IMG/VR virus record: IMGVR_UViG_3300047476_000159
Coordinates: 1-61,930 of that record
Reading direction: 5' to 3' (one strand)
Origin: a virus
Taxonomy: Duplodnaviria > Caudoviricetes
Length of the DNA stretch: 61,930 bases
Made by a program: the position numbers and the translations under genes
The notes under the pieces: generated by a model
Databases searched by the model: none
What the model was told of the DNA's origin: nothing
Seen by the model: only the letters and a program-made list of their open reading frames with translations
Part shown: piece after piece, positions 11,301 through 23,300 of the stretch
How positions within the stretch are numbered: position 1 is the stretch's first letter
Layout: the number at the start of each line of letters is the position of its first letter

Positions 11301-14300
11301 TAGTAAAGTATAAAAACAAATATTGGACAGCATTGCGCTTGATTCAACAAACAACTAAGTTCAATGAATTAGATTGGAAAGAAACTGACTACAATGAAGT
11401 TCAGAAAGGTTTATTGCCTAACAGTCAAACAAGATCATATGAAAGTTCATTATACTATGATGTAAACAAAGCAAACTTAGAAAATGACGCTGACTTGTTG
11501 AGCTTTAGCTTGATTGGCTATCGCCCACGTGATTATATGGCGCTGGCAGACTTGACTGATGTTACTCAAGTCAACGTATATAAGAACCTAATTAAAAACA
11601 AAGGTACACTAAATGCCGCTAGCGCATTCAAGGGCGCAAGTTTGGCACAAGGCGGAATCGACTACGACATATACGAAAACTGGGCTATCAAAACCGGTGA
11701 GTTCGGTGGTGTGTTGAACAGTAATTTCGTTGATGTTAAATTGAATGAAACAGAGTTAACTAATAACCCTAGTATTGTTGCGTTGACAGACAGCAACGAC
11801 ATTCAAGGTGCTCAACAAAACATTCCATTGTATTCTATCTTTAATTATGGCAGACCTATTACTACTCCGAATGTACTAGCTACTGTACCCAACGACACAC
11901 CATCAACTGTATATCCTACAGCAGGATATGTGAATTATGGTGACGTAAAGATGGCTAGCTATTTCTATTCTGGATTGCCTACAGCTACTGACCAATATGG
12001 CTCATTAGTGTCATTGAAGAAATTATATGTTAGAGATTATGTTTGGTTAGCAAACTATCTACAAGAATGGCAAGTATTGACTCCGCTAAGTTTAGGTCCA
12101 GTAATTCAAGCAAAGAACAACTTAAACAGCACAGTAACAATTACTTTTGCTAATCCTCATAACTTAACAAAGTATCAAATATTTGCGTTGGTAAACTTCA
12201 ACGATAATATCGATGGATATTATGTTGCAGCAGCCATTGTAGACCCATATAAAATTATTATAAACCTATCACTTGATCCTACAGTAAAGTCAGTAACTGG
12301 CCAGGGTGTTGGATTCAAATTCCAATCACAACGAGTAGATTCTCCTGCTGATATCGGTACATTACCATTAACAAACGCTGAGTTTACTAAGAACACAGTG
12401 TGGGTTGACACAAACACCGATGGATCATGGGCAGTATATCGTAAGAGTTTAAATTACGCAATAGACAGTGAAATAACAAAGTTAGAATCAGACACATTTG
12501 GTTCCGCTGTAGCATGTAATACTCAGTTGGGATATCTAATAAGTGACGCCGAAAAAGGTCGAGTATATCGTTATAGATTAAACGCTCTGTCAAACACATA
12601 TGACATTGAGCAGACCATACCGGCATTAGAAGATCCAGCACAACCAACGTTAGGTACAGCAATCGCATATAGCGGAAATACTATAGTTATTAGCGAAACC
12701 TCAGGCAATGTCTACGTGTATGAACTAACTATGACTACACTTCAAGATGAGTTAGTGTTAGTTCAAACTATACCAGCTCCAGTAGGTGTAAGCGTGTGGG
12801 GTCAAAGTGTTGCAATCTCCGGTGACTTAAATTGGTTGTATGTATCAACTGAAGATGCTGAAGTATATGTATACCAATTGGTAGATGGCACATACGAAGA
12901 AGTCACAACATTGACAGTAGCCGGAGTGGTGTCTGCTGACAATTTTGGATATTCTATCGCAACTAACTACTACGGTGACAAAGTAATTATAGGAACACCA
13001 GACAAAGACTATGATGTAAACACTGACAACTGGGGTTATACTTATGTGTTCGACCGTATAGTTCAGAACATCGAAGTACAATATACCAACAGTATATACG
13101 CACCACAAACACTACCAATGATTTGGGATAGTAGTTCCGACCCATTGATCGTTTCTAGAAACGGTACAGTGGTAGATTCTGCTAACTATGTAGTTGGTAC
13201 TAGTGAGATTACATTCAATATGGAATTAACCGCAGGTGATATCATTACACTAAGTGGTTCTAATTTCGTATTGGTACAAACATTGACCACAGAGACAACA
13301 CCTAAGATTGGTGTACAGTTTGGTAACAGCGTAGACATTAATACATATGGTACTGAAATTCTAGTAGGCGCACCGTTCGAATTGAATAGTCAATTGAATG
13401 AAGGCGCAGTATACCGCTATACAGACGGTGGCGGAAAGTATGGACAAATAATTGGCACGAGTGAGTGTCTAATTACTACCAACCGAGTCATATTGTTGAA
13501 TGGTTTTGCTATAACATTGATAGCAGGTAACGCCGCACAGACAGCACAAACAATCAACTCTGCTAACGTAACAAACGTAACAGCTTCTAGTAACGACAAC
13601 AAACTTACAATCGAATTGATTGATAGCAGTTTGGCTAGTGCTAATGACAAACTATCGTTGTCAGTACTAGACGAAACAACACTAGAAGAATTAGGAATAA
13701 GCATCTTCACACAGACACAAGTAATTGATTGCCCACATAACAACGGACAAACTCAATTTGGTACTGTTGTAAAATTCAACGAGTTTGGATCTTTCATTGT
13801 AAGTGCTCCGGTAGCATCTAGATTCACTGCGACTACTTTTGATTTTAGTGACGATGAAACTAATGACAATGACACAGTATTTGACAACAATACTACTACG
13901 TGGATAGATTCATTCGCAAATGCCGGTGCGGTGTACATGTACGATTATCTAGGGGTCTACAACGAGTCTCTAGGAAATATCGGTAAATTTGTATACGCAC
14001 AAAGTCTAAATGATACTAACTTAGATTATGGTTCTGAACCACGTTATGGCACAGCGTTAGACTTTAACGGATATCAAGTATTGATCGGAACCCCAGGCTT
14101 CAAGCCAAATGATGTTAACGGTCAAGTGATTGCGTATGTCAACAACACTAGCACTCAGGATTGGTCAGTATATCGTAGCTCATCAGAAGTAGTAGATGTT
14201 CAAAAAATACAAAACGTTCAAATCTACAGTGCTTCTACATATGACACATTAGAAAACATAGATTACTTAGATCCATTACAAGGTAAATTATTGGGCGCAG

Positions 14301-17300
14301 TAGCTGAGAACATTGATGTAGTAAGCAATACCGATCCTGCGACTTATAACAACACAGGTTCTATTACTAGCGGACTCGTATGGGGAGAAGAACACTTAGG
14401 TCAAATATGGTTCGACACATCCAATGTAAGATTCATTAACTATCACCAAAACGATAACACCTACAACAGCAAGTGGTGGGGCAAAGTGTTCCCTGGCTCT
14501 GACGTAGCAGTGTACACTTGGGTATCTAGTAATGTTCTACCTATTAACTATTCTGGTCCAGGTGTAGCGTATGACACCTCTATGTATAGTATTAGATTTG
14601 TAACTACACAAGCAGGTGGATTGGCACCAGTCTATTACTTCTGGGCTAGAAATACTAATATTATTGTAAAAGACTTAGGAAAAACGTTAGCAGATAGCGT
14701 AATACAATCATATATCGCTCAGCCTGCTTCTTCTGGTATAGCGTACATGACTCCTATACTACCTAACGCCTTTGCGCTATATAACACAGCAGGATATGTG
14801 AATAATACTGATAGTGTATTACACATTGGGTTTGGTACTGGAACTAGCGATGATGTATCACATAGTCAATACAGCCTAATTCGTGCGAATTACGCAGATG
14901 ACTTCTTACCTGGCTTACCGGACAATAACGTAATAGAAGTTCCGGAAAGTTTATACGACAGACTATTAGATAGCTTGTGCGGTGTTGATGAGGCAGGCGG
15001 TGTGGTTCCAAATCCGTACTTACCTAAGCCAGTACAGAGTGGAATTTTAGCAAGACCTCGTCAGAGTTTCTTCTATAATAGATTCTTAGCATTGAAAAAC
15101 TACTTAGTGTATGCTAATGAAGTATTGGCTCAGTTCCCTATTACAGAAATACGTCAAGCAAGTTTCTTGTCTCGCTCAGGTTTATTCTTTGACACTGCTG
15201 ATTATTGGGAATATGTAAATTGGTGGGCTACTGGTTACAACGACAACACCAAAGCCGCATTACAAGTACCAATATATGCGGACCTAGCTACATTAACAGT
15301 AACACCGGGTACCATTGTATCTGTTGCTGAAAACGGCGTAGGCGCAACAGAAACATATGTTTTAGAATCAGACGGTTCTTGGACTAGAATAGGACTACAA
15401 AACGGTACTGTTCAGTTCAAGAGTTCGCTATGGGATTATGAAACAGCAAGATTAGGTTTCGGTGACAACTTCTTTGATACAACAGACTACGATCAATACC
15501 CAAGTGAAGAAACTCGCTATATTGTACGTGCTCTAAACGAAGAAATATACATAGACGATTTACAGATATTCCGCAACAAGAGCTTGATTTTGTTATTTGA
15601 ATACATTCAATCTGAAACGATTGAAAATCAAAGCTACTTGCCATGGTTGAACAAAACATCATTCATTGATGTAGCACACACTATCCGTGAATTGAAACCT
15701 ATCGAAGTATTCCAATCTGACAATCAAGACTTCTTATCTGGATATTTGAATGAAGTAAAACCATATCACGTAGTAATTAAAGAATTCTTATTCAAGTACA
15801 CTGGTCAAGATGTATTCGAAGGTGACATAACTGACTTTGATTTACCTGCTACCTACAATACTAGTATTGACCAGTACGTAACCCCTCAGTTAGTATACGA
15901 GAATCCTAACACAACAAATCAGTTCTTACCTTCTGATTCTATATGGCAACAGACACAATATAAACAATGGTTTGATAACCATGGTCTTACTATTACCGGT
16001 CAAGATAACGTTCAGATGACAACATTGGCAAGTTATATTGCGTTGAATTCTAATGCGTTTGCGGTCGACAATGCTAGTGGTTTCCCAATCAACGGTACCA
16101 TTAAGATTTTTGATTCTACAGATACTTCTACCTCACCGGCATATGAATTAATTGGTTATGCTAACGTAGATCGAGCAACCAATACTCTAAGTGGATTGAC
16201 ACGTGGTGTCAACGGCACTCCGATCATGACCCACATACCTGGCCAGCAAATATATATCGATTTGCCTGCGGTATTGTTGTTGAACGGTGGAAGAAACTAC
16301 AGCGAACCTCCTAAGGTAACAGCGTATATCGATACTACGTTGTACCCAGAACCAACAGTTCCTGCGCAACTCAAAGCAATTATGAACTTAGATAGTGTAT
16401 TATCTATTGAAGTAATTAACCCAGGACAAGGTTATGCTGTACTGCCAAAGATTATAATTGATCCGGCAGCAACAATTGCCTTCAATAGTAGCGCAGTCAA
16501 TACATTGTACAACACAATTGTACTTTATGCTCCTATACTTGCTACAGGTGACATAGTAGAATATGATATTGGTTCAGAAACTACTGCTATTGGTGGGTTG
16601 ATTCCAGGACAGCATTATTACGTAAACGTATTGGAAACAGTTCCTAGCGTAGTAGTCGCATTATACACTACTGCCCGTGATGCTGAACTAGATGAAAACA
16701 GAGTAAAATTATACAGTGCTGGTTCAGGACCAGACCATAAGTTTAGTTTGGGTGCGATAGCATCATGTATTTCTTCATCTTACCCAGTAAGACAGAATCA
16801 AATTTCTCTACGTTTCGATAGAACGTCATATAATTCTCAGGTTACTAATTGGCATCCTGCTGAGTTCTATGGATCTTTCTACGCAGGATCGTATAACAAC
16901 AATGACAGTGTATCTAGTTCTTCTATAACATTGTACGACACACAGCCACCGGTTAATACTATTTTAGCTAGTGCGCAAGGTGTAGGATTTGAAATTTTGA
17001 GTGTAACAGACCAAGAGACAGTTACTTGGAGCTCACGTACTAGGGACGTAGTATCTACATTTGCGGATGATAGAGTTCGCATTTCCCCTAGTGATGGAGG
17101 ATCACCTGTAACTCCTGGAACTGAATTGACTGCTACGATTGGTTTCTATGTTGGTATGCCAGTTAAATTTAAAGGGGCAGTTGGATCAAGTGGCCTAGTT
17201 GATAGCACTGTTTACTATGTCAAATCTCTAATAGGATCTGAGTACCTAACTCTATCATCTAATAAAGAATTGACTGATACCGTCAATCTATCTGCTTACA

Positions 17301-20300
17301 CTGTAGGTGTTGCTGGTCTTTGGTTATATGTCGGTGAAGTAGTTAACACTACAATAGCAGAAATTACCTATCCAGGTATTATTCAAGTAACCAATACTAC
17401 TGCGACTACCAATGTATTAACAGCACCGCTGAATGCTACTGGTACAGGTGGGACACATGGTTTCTTCACTGGATTGGCTCTAATATTCACTGGTAATGTT
17501 TTTGGTAACGTTATTGAGAACGAACTATATTATGTAACGTCTGTTATCGGCAATGAGAACCAACAGTTTACTATGTCTACAAGTAACCAACCGGTTCAAA
17601 TCAACATAACTGAAACAGAAAGCGGTACAAACATTGTAACATCTGATGGTACCGTTAGCCTATCACTCAATGATCCTATCGTATTTGACAATATGATTAT
17701 CGATGATGAAGTTGTTACTAACTTCGGTGGAATTGAACAAAATACTATATATTATGTACAAGCAGTATTGAACGGATCACAGTTCAAGATAGCAACTACT
17801 ATAAACAGCGGCGATGTAGTAACATTATCAGATGTTCCTGCTAATCCTAACCACACAAGTTGTATTTTGACTAGCCAAGTAGACACTGTAGAACTATCTA
17901 CTGCTACTGGTTCAATGACTATGAACGTCAACTTACCGGTTAGCCCTGGTCAAATTGATGGCCAGCAATTCACACTGTACAATACATCAGCACAATATGT
18001 TAACATTACAGGAACTGAAAGTAACGAATTAACAAGAGTAATTGATAAGACACTAGAATCTCCTGTCAATAGAGTGTTTATTACTGAGGCTAGTGATGGT
18101 ATACTAAATGTGTATGATGGAATGCCAATAGAAGTAGAGGCTGCTATCGGTAACTTGACTACCGGAACAACATATTATGTGAATGAGTTTGGTGCGACTG
18201 AAATCACTATTACTAATACGTCTAGTAGCGGTAACATGTTGACATGTGATGATACTGATATCATTTATGAAAATATGCCAATCATATTCAGTGACCAATC
18301 ACTAGGTGGTGTATTGATTGGAGTTTCATATTTCGTTAAAGATATCGTTAGCTCAACTCAATTTACTATATCAGTAGTCCCTGGTGGCACAGAAGTCACT
18401 CTGTTCAATGATAATGGAACAATGGTCGGTACCGGTGAACCATATATGATTCTAGAGAATTCTTCTCATGTGATAGTTAATCCAGGTACTGCTGATGGTC
18501 CTGTTAACATGGTTCAAACTCCTACTGTTACTGCTGAGTTTAGTGTAAGTAGTATGCTAGGTGGATACCGAGCAGTCATCACAAACGCCGGTGAAGGTTA
18601 TGCTGTAGACAACGTTATCACAGTATTGGGCGAAGATTTAGGCGGAACTACTCCAGCTAATAACTTGACAATGACTGTAAACACGATTGGAACTAACGGT
18701 GAAATATTGTCATTGATTCGTTCAGGTACACCAGCTGGCCCAGAGAATCAATACTACTTTGATGTAGTATCTGATAATCAAGTAGCAGTGTACTCTAATT
18801 CGTTAATGACAGTACCAGTACCAAGAAATGAATTCCCATATTATGGAATAGTTTCTACTACTGTGACTGAGTTAGACGGAACCGATATTATTGTTTCTGA
18901 CGAAACCGGATTTGAATTAAATGATAACGTTGTATTCACTGGTTCAATTGCTGGAAACTTAGTCTTAGGTCAAACTTACTATATTGTTTCTTTATCTCCG
19001 CTACAAGTTAGTGAAGTCCCAGGTGGCTCTGCTATGACAGTAGGCACTGCGACAGAAACAGATTTTACTATTGCTAAACCCGGAGACTACGCTCTATTAC
19101 CAGAGCCGTTCTACTTCAATCAGTCAGTTGTAAAATATAACAATCGTGTATATCGTTGTATCGTCAGTAACAATGACAACGAATTCATATTCGGTAAGTG
19201 GGAACTACTAAGCTCAGGTGACAGAGCATTGAATGCTATGGATCGTGCTGTTGGTTATTATCAACCAACAGTCAACATGCCTGGACTAGATTTGACACAG
19301 TTGTTCGAGGGTGTTACTTATCCAAATAGTACATACAAAGGTAATGCGTTTGCTCCTGCTCAAGAATTTGAGTTAGACACTATCCTACAAGATCAGCCAT
19401 TCTATCCAACTGAGGTAGATATTAGCGCAGTGATTTGGGATGGTACTAGATACATTGCTCCGAGCAACACACCAACATATTCTGCTATATTGTTAAGCGC
19501 AGACGGCGATGAATGGACTATTGACAAATTAGCAGATCAAAACATATATCTAACTGATATTATCTACGCAGGTGGAAAATATGTAATGACTTCTAACAAC
19601 AGTGCGACTCCTATTCTAATTAGTGATGACGGCACTGCTTGGATTTCTAACGGTGAGTTCACTCCATGGAGCGCAGTACCGTATGATTCTACAACATTCG
19701 ATGTATCATCTGTGTTAGCAAATTCATCTTCATTGAATAGTGTAACATACCACAATGGTTTGTATGTCGCAGCCGGTGATAATATTGTCGTAAGTACAGA
19801 CTTATACGGATGGACTGAGACATATCCTGCTTCTTCATCATATTCACATTCATTGAATGGTGTAGAGTATATTAGTATTCCTAACTTTGATGGATACGTA
19901 GTCGTTGGATATGATAAAGAATTAAGCGATTCTGTAATAAACAGTGTATTGATGTTAAGTCTAGACGGAGACAACTGGTATAGTCCTACAAATGTATTGA
20001 CTAACTATGCGTTCAATGCTGTTACTAGTGACGGAAATAAAATTCTGGTCATCGGTGACAATAGCACTAGATTTGTTAGCGTTAACGGTAGTAACTGGGC
20101 TAACTATAGCGAGTCGGGATCAGGAAATGAAAACTTAGTACATGCAATATACGCTAATGGTATATTCGTAGTAGTAGGAGACAATGGTACTATTCAGACT
20201 TCAACTGATGCTACATCATGGACAACACAGGTATCAGGTACTACTGAGAATCTAACACACGTGGCATGGAATAGTGATGATTCTGAATATATTGTAGTGG

Positions 20301-23300
20301 GTGACAATAATACTATCTTAAAGAGTTCAAATGGAACATCCTGGACAAGTAGCTCATTGTTTACTGCTGAACCTACAGTGTACAATGTACAAGGTGAAAC
20401 ATTCACTGCTGGTTATGGTCCAGAAGAAATCGTACCGGGTGTAGTTTCAGACTCCGTAACAATGATTGTTTCTACACGTCCTGGAACAAACTGGGATGCT
20501 ACTATATACCAACATGTTGGCTATAAAACTGTTTCATTAGAGCTAACACCGCTAGTTGAAATACAAACGCTATATAGTTTCTTAGACGCAGTACAAACTC
20601 CTACACAGATATCTGTGTCAGTAATCGACGGAGTTACTAACTTGAGTACAACATTGTATCCTAGTGTTGATTACACAGTCAATTGGATGCAGGAAACAGT
20701 AACATTGGCAACACCGTTGTCATTGGCTGATAAATTGCGCATAGACATATATGAACCAGGTAACGGAAACCAGTTAGTCAAGGCCAACACACAAACTGAC
20801 CCAATATCATATAACGAGTCAACAGGTTTCCAAGAAATCGTAGTTAGCTGTAACTATAGTGCTACGTCTTTTGCTGGATCAGGAATTATTAGACCAGGAT
20901 CTAATCCTATCGATACTATCGCTACTGCCACTATCGCTACTAGTAACTCAATTGTATGTGGTGATGTTAGTGATTTTGTTGTTAACTATCCGGTATACTT
21001 CCAAGGTAATGTATTAGGTGGATTAGTTGAAGACACGGTATACTATGTCAAGACTATAAGTTATGCTACAGGGTCAATAACTGTTTCAGCTTCATATAAT
21101 GTAAGTTCCGGTACAGCTGGACCTACATTCGAGCTAACTGATGACACTGGTATAATGAGAGTAATTATTCAGCTTGGATCTGGAACAACATGGACTGATC
21201 CAATAATGTATCACAACGGACAAAAATTATTGTCTGGCGTTACTAGCACAGTTACAAGAACAAAGAGTTCAACTAATGCTATCACATGTAACAATACCAG
21301 TGCGTTTGTAGTAGGTACTAAGGTTTCGTTCAGCCAAACAATGTTTGGAAACGATATACAACCATTGACAACATATTACATTAAGAGCATTGTAGATGGT
21401 AATGAATTTACTATCTCTGAAACATTAGACGGTCCTACATTAGAGCTAGGCGACGCTACTGGTGGCGCAACATTAATCACAAACGACTACGCATTTGGTA
21501 TAGCTTCTAACGGTGTGTCCGCTAAAATAATATTGGCTGCCGAATACGACCAAAATGTTGATTACTTGACATATACGTTGTTTGGAGAAACTACACCTCA
21601 ATATGGATACACACTACCTGAGACACAATATTTCAATGGTAATGGTGCTCAGTACATATTTGACTTGGAAAACTTCAACGGTGGTGAAAACCCAACTAAC
21701 GCTATAGTAGAGATCGACGGTGTTCGTTTGACTGAATCAGAGTATACTATAAGTGATATTGCTGATACTATCACTCTTACTTCTCCTGTATTAGTAGGAT
21801 CTACTTTAGCAGTCACTACATTTAATGATACACAACGACAGTATTTCAATACTCAATATGGTATTACAGGTACACCTGGATCAGCATCCGTAGACTTAGT
21901 AGTAGGAGAAGCCGTAGACAATGTTGTTGGTTTTGACGATGAAGGATTCGATAGCGCTGGATTTACTGGCTTTACTAGCGAACTAGTTATTGCTGGTAGT
22001 TTTGAGATTGACAGTCAATACCAGATCGCTAGCTTGGGTACAACTGATTGGAACGTAGTTGCAGGTACGACAGGTATAATATATGTCGTAGGTGACACTA
22101 TTACCGCAGTCGATGCTGGTAGCGGTAACGGTACTGCGTATAGCTTATCTCTTGGTTATTTCGATGAAGAATTGTACTGGTTAGAACTATCATCAGGTAA
22201 TACTACTGAATTTAGTGTAAATGACAAGATCGTGTTCGCAGATCCTACGATTGGTGGCATTGTAGCCGGTCAATCTTATTACATTTCTGAAATATTAAGC
22301 GATTCTGCGTTTAGTGTTAGTACACAAGTAGGAGGTGCCGCAATACAATTGACTTCTGAAACAGGAGCAATGGATGCGATTGTTAACTCATTAACAGTAG
22401 CGAATATTGTTAATATAAACAACACTATTACTTCTCCTATCGCTTCATCGGCTGTTACTGAAGTCGGTGTAAGCGGTACTAATGAATTGACTACCTCATC
22501 AACTACTAATTATGTCGTTGGTCAACCAGTACAATTTAAGGGAGTCGCAATCGGAAACGTATTAACAGACGGAACTGTTTACTATGTTAAAGACATCGTA
22601 AGCTCAACTGCGTTTACTATTTCTATACTATCTGATTTGTCAATTGAATTTGATACTGGTGTTGGCATAGGTAACATGATGGCTTACGTAGGCGGACAAC
22701 CCGCAGTTAGAGTTACAACTGGTGTCCCTCATAACTTGAGCGAAAACAGTTTAGTTAGAATCGATGGTACTAATGGTTCAATACAATTGAACAATAACAC
22801 ATATTACGCAAAGATCATTACTACCACTGAGTTTGACCTATACACTTCACCGTATGATCCTAGTTACGGAGCAGTTAATGATCCAGTAACTGCGATCTCT
22901 GCTTATACTAGCGGCGGATATGTATGGAGAGACGGTGTATTCACGTTAATCACTACAAATGCTACACAAACAAGCGACTCTGTGGTGCCTAATAACTATA
23001 TTACAGTAGAGTCTACAAGTAAATTAGTTCGCAATACTCCTGTGTACTTCACTGAAGTAGGTAAATTGATAGGTGACACTACATTGGGTGGCTTAGTAAT
23101 TGGTACTATGTACTTTGTCAAGGAAATCGCAAACGCTACCGATTTCAGTGTATCTTTAACTAGAGATGGTGATGTTGTGAGCTTGACATATGAAACTGGT
23201 TCAATGAACGTAACTCAGTGGGAACAATCTAACGTAGATAGACTATGGGTAACTATTAACGGTCTAAGAGTACCGTCTAGTTCATTGCGTTTGAACCCTG